Source: Actinomycetota bacterium (GTDB lineage: Bacteria > Actinomycetota > Acidimicrobiia > Acidimicrobiales > Microtrichaceae). Taken from it: a stretch of DNA of 38,840 bases. Below the pieces are notes generated by a model. It was not told the origin of the DNA. It did no database searches and worked only from the letters and a program-made list of their open reading frames with translations. Numbering within the stretch: position 1 is the first letter of the stretch; each line of letters starts with the position of its first letter. Positions 27,156 through 36,258 of this stretch are shown here, one piece after another. A program made the position numbers and the translations under genes. The stretch spans positions 1 to 38,840 of the forward strand of contig WLLG01000001.1 of assembly GCA_009700815.1 (NCBI GenBank), read 5' to 3'.

Positions 27156-28643
27156 TCAGCGACGCCAACCGAACCTTCGGGCTTTTGAATCGCTGTTTCC
27201 TTCAAAAAATGCAGTCATCGCTTCATCGCCAGCAGTTTCTGGGCCGGCGACGCCAGTGTCATTCACTGCATCGTCGAGCTCTTGCATAAAGCGATCCTTG
27301 GGCTGATCCGCACTACTCACTGCGTCCACTGCCTGCGTTGGACGACTGTCAGTCAGCTCTTCCTCTGACTCCCAAGCAAGAGATACCTCCGGAATCTGCT
27401 CGTCCAGAGGAGTGTCAGTCACTTTGGTCTCGGCATCAAGCAGGGAAACTGACGCCTGCATTGGGACTGCGCCAACGGTTGAAGTAGCGGCAGTCGTAGA
27501 AATTGAATCGCTAGATCGCATTGAGTCTTCCGTTTGGGACGGCAAGTCAGACTCGATTCGGGACCAACTCCCCGGCCCCCAGGTGTCTGCAGCGCCATCG
27601 CCACTAGTTGAGGTATCGGAACCGGCTGTCAGGTCTAGGTACTCATCTGAAGCGGAGGAGTCAGCAAATGGCTGCGCACCCCCCTGACTCGAAGCAGAAT
27701 CCGGTGTTCCAGAATCACGAGTGCTGAAATCTGCTGGCGCAGAATCCGAAACCTCCTCCTCTACACCTTCGAGATACTGCTCAGCGGCCGTATCTACAGC
27801 GGTTGGTTCTGCACCTGAGAGTGGATCGGACTCGAGCAATCCCTCTGTCTCTGAGGGGGTACCTGCTGAACTCTCTGCTGCAGTGAGGACCTCGTCTGCG
27901 GGGATCGACAAACCAGGACGCTGACCAAGCTTTGCGGGATCAGTTGCGAGAGAGGAGAGTTCCTCTGCAGTTCGAGAGAGTTCTGACCGGTAGCCGTCAA
28001 GACGGGCCTCGAGTTGGGTCATCACATCTTCAAGCTGTGCTCTGCGAGACTCCAGAGCGCTCACCTCTGCAATCATCTCGGCCCGGCGTGATGCGTACTC
28101 CTCTTCAGCTTTCACCCGAGCAGCTCGAACCATCTCCTCAGCTTGGGCTGTGGACTCTGCCTGCTGACGTTCGGCCTTGGATGAGGCATCCTCAAGCAGA
28201 GACTGCGCTTGACCACGGGCTTCATTGACAGTGGCCTCTGCCGTGCGGTGCGCCATCAACAGGGTCTTGGCAGCCTGCTCAACTTCTTGGTCCTCATTGG
28301 CACGAGCCATCGAGGAGGAGGCAGCATCACGAGCTACGGCATCAGTAGCTGTGGCTTGAGCCTCGGCGGCCTGCTGTTGCGCCGCCCTAGCAGCACGCTC
28401 CGCACGCTGTACTCGCTCTGTTGCTTCAGCAAGAACGGTATCGGCTTGGGCGAGTCTGGCTTCGGCTGCAGCAGCACGTTCTTCTGCGGCTGCAGCAAGC
28501 TGAGTGGTGTGGTTAAAGCGAGCCAGCATCTGAGCAAACTCAGTCCCGGTTTCCTCAAGAAATCTCTCAACCTGATCAACGTTGTACCCTCCGCGCTTCT
28601 CGTCGAAGGTTACTTTTTCAAAGGTTTCCGGAGTCAGATCCAT
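27156..28643 (-). CDS. divIVA: DivIVA-domain protein with long acidic disordered C-terminus
   Basis: LTPE...VTF...RGGYNVDQVERFL, coiled coil with TLLMAHRTAE...EA; downstream of sepF-yggT. Confidence 0.88.
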   Translation of the reverse strand: MDLTPETFEKVTFDEKRGGYNVDQVERFLEETGTEFAQMLARFNHTTQLAAAAEERAAAAEARLAQADTVLAEATERVQRAERAARAAQQQAAEAQATATDAVARDAASSSMARANEDQEVEQAAKTLLMAHRTAEATVNEARGQAQSLLEDASSKAERQQAESTAQAEEMVRAARVKAEEEYASRRAEMIAEVSALESRRAQLEDVMTQLEARLDGYRSELSRTAEELSSLATDPAKLGQRPGLSIPADEVLTAAESSAGTPSETEGLLESDPLSGAEPTAVDTAAEQYLEGVEEEVSDSAPADFSTRDSGTPDSASSQGGAQPFADSSASDEYLDLTAGSDTSTSGDGAADTWGPGSWSRIESDLPSQTEDSMRSSDSISTTAATSTVGAVPMQASVSLLDAETKVTDTPLDEQIPEVSLAWESEEELTDSRPTQAVDAVSSADQPKDRFMQELDDAVNDTGVAGPETAGDEAMTAFFEGNSDSKARRFGWRR

Positions 28644-28704
28644 ACCCAATAGATTAGCCCGCCAACTGCTTGGGGTTGGGCAATGCGCATCCCGGCGAAA
28701 TTTG

Positions 28705-28953
28705 TTAGCAAAGGAGGCTTCGCAGGACAGTGATCCCCAGCAAGACAATCAGCGGAGATAGGTCAAGTGCCGCCGCACCCAAGCGGACTGGAGGGATGAC
28801 CCTGCGCAGAGGACCCATAATCCATTCGGTCGCAGTGATGACCAGATTCTGGATCTGATCTATGACCCCACCAGTTGGAGGAAACCAACTCAAGATCACC
28901 CGAGCGAAGATCAGAATCATAAACAGTTGAAGGGCAATACAAATCAGAAACAC
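28705..28953 (-). CDS. yggT: YggT/YlmG (SepG) membrane protein
   Basis: ARVILSWF, TEWIMGPLRRVIPP, LDLSPLI. Confidence 0.92.
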   Translation of the reverse strand: MFLICIALQLFMILIFARVILSWFPPTGGVIDQIQNLVITATEWIMGPLRRVIPPVRLGAAALDLSPLIVLLGITVLRSLLC

Positions 28954-28988
28954 TAGACGCCGGACCTCACAAAAGTATCTCCCACAAG

Positions 28989-29044
28989 TCCGCTTTCACT
29001 GCTCCGCTTGAACAGCACTGATTTCACTGCTCCGATTTCACTGA
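28989..29044. repeat. 14-bp degenerate tandem repeat x4 (TCCGATTTCACTGC)
   Basis: Units at 28989, 29003, 29017 and 29031 between sepF and yggT. Confidence 0.75.
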
Positions 29045-29088
29045 TACGAATCTAGTACCTAGTTGCACCCGGGCTTGGTCAACAGCTT

Positions 29089-29685
29089 TCAGCGATCGCC
29101 GTTTCCAAGGTCGCCGTCTCGCATGCGACGGCGCTCGTCATCGGATACCTCTGCACCATGCGGGGTCAGCAAGAAGATTTGGTCCGAGACTCGTTCCATA
29201 TCGCCTTCTAGGCCGTAACACAGCCCACTAGCAAAATCGATAAGCCGGCGAGAGAGTTCCTTGTCTACGCCCTGCAGGTTCATAATCACTGGCTGATCAC
29301 GCTTGAAGGTGTCGGCTACCTGCTGCACATCGTTAAACCCGGTGGGTGAGACAATCTGCGGCTTGGCCGAGCTTGGCAAGGGCCGAACAACTCCGCGGAT
29401 CGACGACGGGTCAGTCGAGGCCGACGTGATCACTCGCACTCCCCCCTCGCCCTCTTCCCAGTCTTCTTTCGTGCGCGGTTGATTGGGCACCGCCCGAACA
29501 GCACCTCGGCCTTGAGAGGAGGAGCGAGCCGGCTGACGCTCTGGCTCAACAAAGTCATCCTCTTCGTACTCTGCGTCCTCGTACTCATCCTCGGACCCAG
29601 GATCGCCGTACTCATCCTCGTAATAGGGATCGTTCCCAAGTCCGAGCCAAGTCTTGGTATTTTTCATCCAGTTCGACATCGTCAT
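29089..29685 (-). CDS. sepF: Cell division protein SepF
   Basis: N-terminal amphipathic WMKNTKTWLGL; PVIMNL, RRLIDFASGL, IFLLTP. Confidence 0.93.
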   Translation of the reverse strand: MTMSNWMKNTKTWLGLGNDPYYEDEYGDPGSEDEYEDAEYEEDDFVEPERQPARSSSQGRGAVRAVPNQPRTKEDWEEGEGGVRVITSASTDPSSIRGVVRPLPSSAKPQIVSPTGFNDVQQVADTFKRDQPVIMNLQGVDKELSRRLIDFASGLCYGLEGDMERVSDQIFLLTPHGAEVSDDERRRMRDGDLGNGDR

Positions 29686-29713
29686 TCTCCTCGTCAGCGA
29701 GTCTAGTTGTGGG

Positions 29714-29777
29714 TGAGTGGTTCAGTGCTTGAGTGGTTCAGTGCTTGATTGGTTACGTGCGTGAGTAGTTGATCAGG
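29714..29777. repeat. 16-bp tandem repeat, about 4 units (TGAGTGGTTCAGTGCT; 2 perfect, 2 degenerate)
   Basis: Occupies most of the yggS-sepF spacer. Confidence 0.82.
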
Positions 29778-30485
29778 TCAGCCAGCGGAGTCAGGGTGCC
29801 GACTCATTCGTGGGCCAAGTAGCGAAGATCCTACTCTGACCATGGTCGAACCTTCAGAAACTGCAACTTCTAAATCATTGCTCATACCCATTGAGCGTTC
29901 GGGCAAGGCCAACTCGTCAGCCAACGCCGCCAAGCTGCGGAACCCGGATCGCGATTCCTCGGGCGGGCCCGGCACTCCCACGCCCATCAATCCACGCACA
30001 TCAAGACCCATATCCAAGCAGTTCCTCACTAGCTCAGCCGCATGGGATGGTGCGACCCCAGATCGACCCGAGATGCCCGCTAAGTCGAGTTGAACCAGCA
30101 CCTGAGCACCGGGCGCTCGAGCAGCAATTTCTCGAGCTAGTGACAGCCGGTCCACGCTCTGCCAGAGTGACACAATGCCAGCCAAGCTGCGGACCTTGTT
30201 GGATTGCAGCCCGCCGATAAAGTGCCACCTAGGACTACTGACCGAGCCGCTCGCTGCCGCCCCCAGCACAGCTGCTCCCGCCAGCAACTCCTGCGCATAG
30301 TTTTCGCCGAGGTCAGTGAAGCCAGCGGCGAACGCTGCAGCTTTAACCGCAAGGTCATGCCCCTTACTGACGCAGAGAATCTTGACATCGCGATCAGTGC
30401 AGTTTGCGATACGGACCTGAATCTGGGCAGCCCGAGCGATTATCTGCCGGACCAGCTCATCATGATCCTGCTCGGGCGAAGTCAC
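29778..30485 (-). CDS. yggS: PLP homeostasis protein YggS/YlmE
   Basis: VSK, GENYAQEL, WHFIGGLQSNK, SMGMSNDLE.A..EGST.VRVG. Confidence 0.93.
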   Translation of the reverse strand: MTSPEQDHDELVRQIIARAAQIQVRIANCTDRDVKILCVSKGHDLAVKAAAFAAGFTDLGENYAQELLAGAAVLGAAASGSVSSPRWHFIGGLQSNKVRSLAGIVSLWQSVDRLSLAREIAARAPGAQVLVQLDLAGISGRSGVAPSHAAELVRNCLDMGLDVRGLMGVGVPGPPEESRSGFRSLAALADELALPERSMGMSNDLEVAVSEGSTMVRVGSSLLGPRMSRHPDSAG

Positions 30486-31321
30486 CAGCGAACACCTGCC
30501 GCTTCAAGTGTGCTGTTCGCTGTCATCCAGATTGCCGAGGTTTGCCGCCCCGAGTCTTGGCGCGCTCGCCAAGAGAAGAATCCCGGGTCTGTTGCCGTGC
30601 ACGGAATACTGTGCGAACCCTGGTACACAGCTGGCGTTTCACTCAGCGCAGCGCGCACTGATGCACGCAAATCCAGCGCAGGCGCTCCGGAGTCTGTGCG
30701 GCCGCGCAGGGACTCGCCGTAGCGATCAACCAACGCCGCCAACTCGATCTCTCCGAACTCGTAGGCCGCCGGAGATATACACGGTCCAAGTTCCCAGACC
30801 ACGCTCTGTGCTCCCAGACTGACCAGCGCCTCAACTGTGGATTGCAAAATTCCTGCAGCAACCCCGCGCCACCCTGCATGGGCTGCCCCCACTGCAACTA
30901 CGCAGTTCTCGTCACTGCGAGCAGATGTTTTTTGTTCAGAAAATCCAGCAAAAAGAACTCCGGCGCAATCAGCGGTTTGTACGCAGAGCACGGCGTCCGA
31001 AACCGCAGTCACCGCCGCATCAGCTTCTGCACCGGCAAACTCCCCCGGATGCTCCACCACAACCACACGCCCACCATGAACTTGTCTGAGCCAAGTCCAA
31101 GGAGCCGGAGCAATACTGGCCCTACGCTGACGAAGGGAATCGGCTGCACCAAGTTGGTCCTGCTCCGCTTGGGCCAGACCAGATTCCGACAGTGCAGGTT
31201 GGGCCGGAAAGGTCTGAGGGTGCGCTAGCGCAGGAACAGCAAAGTCCCCCTCAGCGGCAGAGGTAAAGATTGAATAAGCCCGGAGGCAATCCTTCTGGCT
31301 CGGATTCTTGGATCCGTCCAT
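30482..31321 (-). CDS. pgeF: PgeF/YfiH (YlmD) family protein
   Basis: QVHG, TADC, AHAGWRG, GPCI, FFSWR...GRQ; directly after ftsZ. Confidence 0.88.
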   Translation of the reverse strand: MDGSKNPSQKDCLRAYSIFTSAAEGDFAVPALAHPQTFPAQPALSESGLAQAEQDQLGAADSLRQRRASIAPAPWTWLRQVHGGRVVVVEHPGEFAGAEADAAVTAVSDAVLCVQTADCAGVLFAGFSEQKTSARSDENCVVAVGAAHAGWRGVAAGILQSTVEALVSLGAQSVVWELGPCISPAAYEFGEIELAALVDRYGESLRGRTDSGAPALDLRASVRAALSETPAVYQGSHSIPCTATDPGFFSWRARQDSGRQTSAIWMTANSTLEAAGVRW

Positions 31322-31326
31322 GGTTA

Positions 31327-32436
31327 CTACTTCAAGAATGAGGGAACGTCGAAGTCGTCATCGCCATCAAAGAGCGAATCGTCCTCTGAGTCATCGCCGA
31401 ACACGTCTGCAATGACAGCGCCACGGGAGTCCGAGGATCCCCCAGTCGAGGAAGAGGATTCAGGCTTGCGGCCGCTCTTACTCTCGTCCCAGCGTTCAAA
31501 ACCGGCAGCTACCACTGTGATGCGAACCTCATCACCCATCTCGTCATCTATCACTGCACCAAAGATGATGTTGGCTTCGGGGTGTGCAACCTCATGTATG
31601 ACTGAGGCTGCCTCGTTGACTTCAAACAGCGTCAGATCGGATCCGCCCGAAATGTTCAGCAGAATCCCTCGAGCACCATCAATGGCAGCTTCGAGCAGTG
31701 GGGAGGAGATTGCCTGCCGGGCTGCTTGCAGTGCACGTCCCTCGCCGGTGGAGTAGCCAACCCCCATCAGTGCGCTTCCAGCATCACTCATAATCATTCT
31801 CACGTCGGCAAAGTCAGTGTTAATCAATCCCGGGGTTGTGATGAGATCCGTAATTCCCTGCACACCCTGCAGTAGAACCTCATCGGCCATCTTGAAGGCA
31901 TTGAGCACCGAGGTCTTCTCGTTTGCCACAGTCAGCAAACGATCATTCGGAATGACAATCTGCGTATCGACTTTTTCTTTCAGCAGGCTGATGCCTTGAT
32001 CAGCTTGAACAGAGCGACGTCGACCCTCGAAGATGAATGGCCGGGTGACTACTGCAATGGTCAGTGCACCTTGGGTCTTCGAGATTTCTGCCACCACGGG
32101 AGCAGCCCCCGTGCCAGTGCCGCCGCCTTCGCCAGCAGTCACAAAAACCATGTCTGCACCGCGTAGAACTTCTTCGATCTCGGAGCGATGGTCCTCGGCT
32201 GCTTGCCTGCCAACCTCTGGGTCCGATCCTGCTCCCAGACCTCGTGTTAGCTCGCGGCCGATATCCAACTTGATGTCAGCATCGCTCATCAACAGCGCCT
32301 GAGCATCTGTATTGATTGCGATGAACTCCACGCCCTTCAATCCAGCGTCGATCATCCGGTTGACGGCATTGCAGCCACCACCACCTATGCCCACGACCTT
32401 GATGACTGCGAGATAGTTCTGCGGGTTGTGGGCCAT
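31327..32436 (-). CDS. ftsZ: Cell division protein FtsZ
   Basis: [25 protein letters not shown]-terminal DVPSFLK. Confidence 0.98.
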   Translation of the reverse strand: MAHNPQNYLAVIKVVGIGGGGCNAVNRMIDAGLKGVEFIAINTDAQALLMSDADIKLDIGRELTRGLGAGSDPEVGRQAAEDHRSEIEEVLRGADMVFVTAGEGGGTGTGAAPVVAEISKTQGALTIAVVTRPFIFEGRRRSVQADQGISLLKEKVDTQIVIPNDRLLTVANEKTSVLNAFKMADEVLLQGVQGITDLITTPGLINTDFADVRMIMSDAGSALMGVGYSTGEGRALQAARQAISSPLLEAAIDGARGILLNISGGSDLTLFEVNEAASVIHEVAHPEANIIFGAVIDDEMGDEVRITVVAAGFERWDESKSGRKPESSSSTGGSSDSRGAVIADVFGDDSEDDSLFDGDDDFDVPSFLK

Positions 32437-32564
32437 GAGCGAGGCTCCTCCAGGTACAAGGGAACAGTCCCTTGGTAGACATTGATGACTATTGATATAA
32501 ACAATTCCAAATTACGGACAACTAGAAGCTAGACGAGAATGAACTTCGTTCTCTCCCTGTAGAG

Positions 32565-32672
32565 ACTCTAAACCTCTAGTTCAGCGCTACTGAAGCTGAA
32601 CGAGTGGCTGCAAGGTAGCTTAGCCATTGGCCTCTAGGCCTTGGTCTGAACCTCCTGCGGAGGTTGAGGTTA
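32565..32672. promoter_or_regulatory. Two FtsR-like quasi-palindromic boxes in the ftsQ-ftsZ spacer
   Basis: ACTCTAAACCTCTAGTTCAGCGCT (32565-32588) and TCTGAACCTCCTGCGGAGGTTGAGGTTA (32645-32672) resemble, from memory, the conserved actinobacterial ftsZ upstream motif. Confidence 0.55.
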
Positions 32673-32711
32673 CGGCCAAATCAGTGCGCGGATCAACGGG
32701 CTTCAATTATT

Positions 32712-33734
32712 TTAATTCTCGCTGTCGCCAACGGAGGCCGAACTCGAGGCTGATTGATTAGCCGACTGTGTGCTAGCCGAAGAGCCCTTCGTGCCTGTGC
32801 CTGCAGAGGAACTCTGTGTACCCGCCGCAGAACTCGATCCGCTTTTACCTTTCGAGGAACTTGCTGGCGAGATTCCGGCACACCCGGGCCCGCGACTCAC
32901 GGCTGCACGAGTGGGCTCTCGAACATCAAGGGTTTTCATGCATTCGCGTACCACTTGGTTCAGGACTGACTCCACGGCTAACAATTTCGCGGCCACGTCC
33001 TCGGGGGGACCAAAGAGGACCTCTGTTCCGTCCGTAAGTTCAAGGCTCAGTGCCCCTACCCGAGACAGCCGTGCACTGCCGATCTCAGATCGCAGCGATT
33101 CATCCATTGCCTCGAGCACTCCGATGGCCTGTGACACCTCGCTGCTCACCGAGGTTCCGATCAACCCCTCATCTGATTGGCTAGAAGGCGTCCCGGGTGG
33201 AGTTCCCTGCGCTAGTTGCATCGTGCCATCGAGTTCAAGCAGAAGCTGTCCGGCCCCAACTTTTTCTTCCCTCTGCAAAATACGACCAGTTGAAGAAACC
33301 AGTACCAAGTCCTGACCCGCGCGCACTACGGCTGCAGGCTGTTGCTCAGTAATTTTGAACAACAGGGTGTGGGGCCACTTGCGTTCAACATGCGCAGACG
33401 CAACCCATGGCATGTTCATGAGCGCAGAGCGTGCCGCGGGGAGGTCCACTGCAACGAGATGGTCGCCTATCGCAACCCCACTGCCTGCCACCACTGCGGT
33501 CTCTTCAAGCCGGCTCTGTCCCGAAACCGTGATTTTCTGCACAGCAAAGACCGGCGAGAGAACAAGGCCCACCGCTGCAGCTACTAGCAACACCACAGCA
33601 ACTAGAGCTATCTGCATGCGATGGCGTCTGCGGCGAGCTACAAGTTGCACCGTTCGTCGACGATCAACGATCCGCGGCTCTACCTGACTTGCAACAACCT
33701 TGGTAGATGAACGCACTGGGGTTGAGGTGCTCAT
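32712..33734 (-). CDS. ftsQ: Cell division protein FtsQ/DivIB
   Basis: Basic N-terminus, single TM, POTRA signature PWVASAHVERKWPHTL...TE..P; Ser-rich tail. Confidence 0.9.
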   Translation of the reverse strand: MSTSTPVRSSTKVVASQVEPRIVDRRRTVQLVARRRRHRMQIALVAVVLLVAAAVGLVLSPVFAVQKITVSGQSRLEETAVVAGSGVAIGDHLVAVDLPAARSALMNMPWVASAHVERKWPHTLLFKITEQQPAAVVRAGQDLVLVSSTGRILQREEKVGAGQLLLELDGTMQLAQGTPPGTPSSQSDEGLIGTSVSSEVSQAIGVLEAMDESLRSEIGSARLSRVGALSLELTDGTEVLFGPPEDVAAKLLAVESVLNQVVRECMKTLDVREPTRAAVSRGPGCAGISPASSSKGKSGSSSAAGTQSSSAGTGTKGSSASTQSANQSASSSASVGDSEN

Positions 33735-34852
33735 AAAGCCTGCTCATAGGAGTCATCATCTAGCGAGGGGGTCGTTGTATTGGGCCAACGCAGGCGGCTG
33801 CGTTGTTCGTCAGTAAAGCCAAGCAAGACTGTTTCGGCCCGAAGCTGCACCCCGCTGTGCTTGCCAACCTGTGCGACTACTTGTGCCATAACTTCTAGGA
33901 CATCGTCGGCGGAACCAGCAGAGTCAGTCTGAATAAAATTCGAGTGTTTCGTCGAGACTTCAGCCGATCCAACTCGCAGCCCGCGACAATTCGCCGCCTC
34001 AATAAGTCGTCCGGCGGAATCCCCTGGGGGATTCCTAAAGACTGAACCGGCGTTATGTCCACCCGGTTGATGCTCGCGCCGCCAACTGACAATCTCTGCG
34101 AGTCTCTGCTCGCCAAGGGCTCGATCCCCACTTGCCAAGTGCAGTTCTGCGTGCAGCACAAGTTGTGTCGATCTGATGGAGCTGTGGCGATACCCCAACT
34201 CAAGTGCTGCTGTTGTCACCCACCTATTTTCACCCGTCTCAAGGTCTAGAACGTGGACCCCTGTGAGCGAAGCAGCCATGTCTGCACCGTGGCCGCCTGC
34301 GTTCATTCGGACGGCTCCACCAATCGAGCCAGGAACACCCACGGCCCACTCAAACCCCGTCAGTGCAGCAGCCACCGATTTGCGAGCCACGACGGGCAGA
34401 CTTGCCATTGCTCCAGCTCGGAGAATGTTCGAGCCCTGCTGATCTGGTTCGCCCAGTTTCGGTGGCTGTGACTCGTGCGACTCGGAAGCTTGCGAATCCA
34501 GAATCTCGATCCCGGCAAACCCATCCCCAAGTTGAAGCACTAAGCCAGGCAGACCGGCATCGGCTACCAACAAATTCGAGCCGCGGCCAATGACATGAAC
34601 TGACAACTCGGCCTGCGGAGCTTCTCCAACAAAGGCTCCAGCCTGTGCGAGTGCCTCAGCAATCCTGCTGAGTTCGGATTCGTCGTGGACAACCACGAAT
34701 CGGGCAGCTGCCCCACCTACCCGGTAGGTACACAGCGCACCTAGAGGCTCATCTACGCGTAAGCGGTCACCCAAGAATGCCAACGCGGAATCAAACGGGT
34801 GCGCAGAATCAAACGGGTTCGCAGAGTCTGCAGGCCTATGAGGGGTGGTCAT
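33731..34852 (-). CDS. murB: UDP-N-acetylenolpyruvoylglucosamine reductase
   Basis: TYRVGGAA, GRGSNLLV.D, GVPGSIGGAVRMNAG, GSVFRNP, KHSNFI. Confidence 0.95.
   Translation of the reverse strand: MTTPHRPADSANPFDSAHPFDSALAFLGDRLRVDEPLGALCTYRVGGAAARFVVVHDESELSRIAEALAQAGAFVGEAPQAELSVHVIGRGSNLLVADAGLPGLVLQLGDGFAGIEILDSQASESHESQPPKLGEPDQQGSNILRAGAMASLPVVARKSVAAALTGFEWAVGVPGSIGGAVRMNAGGHGADMAASLTGVHVLDLETGENRWVTTAALELGYRHSSIRSTQLVLHAELHLASGDRALGEQRLAEIVSWRREHQPGGHNAGSVFRNPPGDSAGRLIEAANCRGLRVGSAEVSTKHSNFIQTDSAGSADDVLEVMAQVVAQVGKHSGVQLRAETVLLGFTDEQRSRLRWPNTTTPSLDDDSYEQAL
34785..34828. repeat. 18-bp in-frame tandem repeat x2.4 in the murB 5' end (DSANPF-DSAHPF-DSA)
   Basis: GC(G/A)GAATCAAACGGGT repeated. 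Confidence 0.82.
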
Positions 34853-36258
34853 GGTTCTGGCCTGGCCTGTAGAAGCGGCAGAAGCAGATCAGCGAGCGTT
34901 GTAACGCTGCCAGCGCCGATACTCAAACACAAGTCGCCAGCGGAAAGCTCAACACCCAAATACGTGGCAGCTTCAGAGAGGTCAGAGCACCAGACCACCT
35001 GAGCCTCAGGGTGGGCTTCTCTGATGGCATCGAATAACAACCTGCCCGTTACTCCTTCTCGCGGTTCTTCTCCTGCGGCGTAGATATCTGTCAGCACCAA
35101 CAAATCGGCCTGCGTGAAGGCATCGGCGAACTCTTGCCAGAGCGCCTGGGTGCGCGAGTAGCGATGCGGTTGAAAGACTGCAACCACGCGGTTCCAGTCT
35201 CCGCTTCGACCAGCAGCTAATGCCGCGCGCACCTCTGTGGGCAGGTGTGCATAGTCATCAACGAACTGCACGCCCGCCGCGGTACCTCGCTGTTCAAATC
35301 TTCGAGACACTCCGGTGTAGCCGCGCAGGCCCTCCACTGCTGCATCAATCGGGTAGCCAAGTTCGCCGACGAGCGCTAAAGCACCTGCAGCATTCGTTGC
35401 GTTATGGAGCCCCGGAACACCCAGACGGACATCAACGAACTGCTCGGACTCGGGAAGACTCAGGCTAAAGCTGCAACTCTGAGAACCCAACTGCAGGTTC
35501 ATCATGCGGTAGGTGGCCTCGGGTGAGGTTCCGTAACTGACTGCGCCACAGGAGGCGCCGAGTTTGGCAGCTTCGGGGTCATCAGCGCAGACCACTCGTG
35601 GGCCGTTTGTCTGGGTCAAGAATCTGTTGAACCCATCGAGCAGTTCCTCCCAGCCTCCCCAGAATTCAAGGTGGTCAGGCTCAATATTTGTGATCAGTGC
35701 CGCCGCCCTCGGACCGGCTAAAAAGCTTCCGTCACTCTCATCAGCCTCCAGCACAAAATGCTGACCCGGCCGATAGGCCGCAGCCGCCCCAAGAGAGGTC
35801 ACTTCTGCCCCGATCAAAAAACTCGGATCGGCACCCGCCCCAAGAAGCGCCACTGCCAGCATCGAAGATGTCGTGGTCTTACCATGCGTTCCGGAGACCG
35901 AAATGAACGGCTGTGTCTGCGCAAACGCAGGCAGGAAACCGCTTCGGCGAAGGATGGGTATTCCAAGTCGCTGCGCTTCGAGGAGTTCAACGTTGTCAGC
36001 GTCGACAGCAGTCGATACCACCAAGAATTCGCTCTGCAGAACATGCGCAGCATCGTGGCCAATCCAGGTTCGAACACCTAGATCGCTGAGCCGTTGGAGT
36101 GCCTCGCTTTGCACCCGATCCGACCCGCTCACCTGATGGCCTTGCTGCACCAGAATGGTAGCTAAGGCAGACATGCCAGCCCCTCCTGCGGCAACCACAT
36201 GGATACGCCGGGGGTAGCTCAAATCAGGCAGGCTCGGGGTGTGCTCCTTGGTTGTCAC
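34849..36258 (-). CDS. murC: UDP-N-acetylmuramate--L-alanine ligase
   Basis: GGAGMSALA, GTHGKTTT, EADESDGSF, DDYAHLPTE, FQPHRYSRT; GTG 36258 overlaps the murG stop. Confidence 0.95.
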   Translation of the reverse strand: MTTKEHTPSLPDLSYPRRIHVVAAGGAGMSALATILVQQGHQVSGSDRVQSEALQRLSDLGVRTWIGHDAAHVLQSEFLVVSTAVDADNVELLEAQRLGIPILRRSGFLPAFAQTQPFISVSGTHGKTTTSSMLAVALLGAGADPSFLIGAEVTSLGAAAAYRPGQHFVLEADESDGSFLAGPRAAALITNIEPDHLEFWGGWEELLDGFNRFLTQTNGPRVVCADDPEAAKLGASCGAVSYGTSPEATYRMMNLQLGSQSCSFSLSLPESEQFVDVRLGVPGLHNATNAAGALALVGELGYPIDAAVEGLRGYTGVSRRFEQRGTAAGVQFVDDYAHLPTEVRAALAAGRSGDWNRVVAVFQPHRYSRTQALWQEFADAFTQADLLVLTDIYAAGEEPREGVTGRLLFDAIREAHPEAQVVWCSDLSEAATYLGVELSAGDLCLSIGAGSVTTLADLLLPLLQARPEP

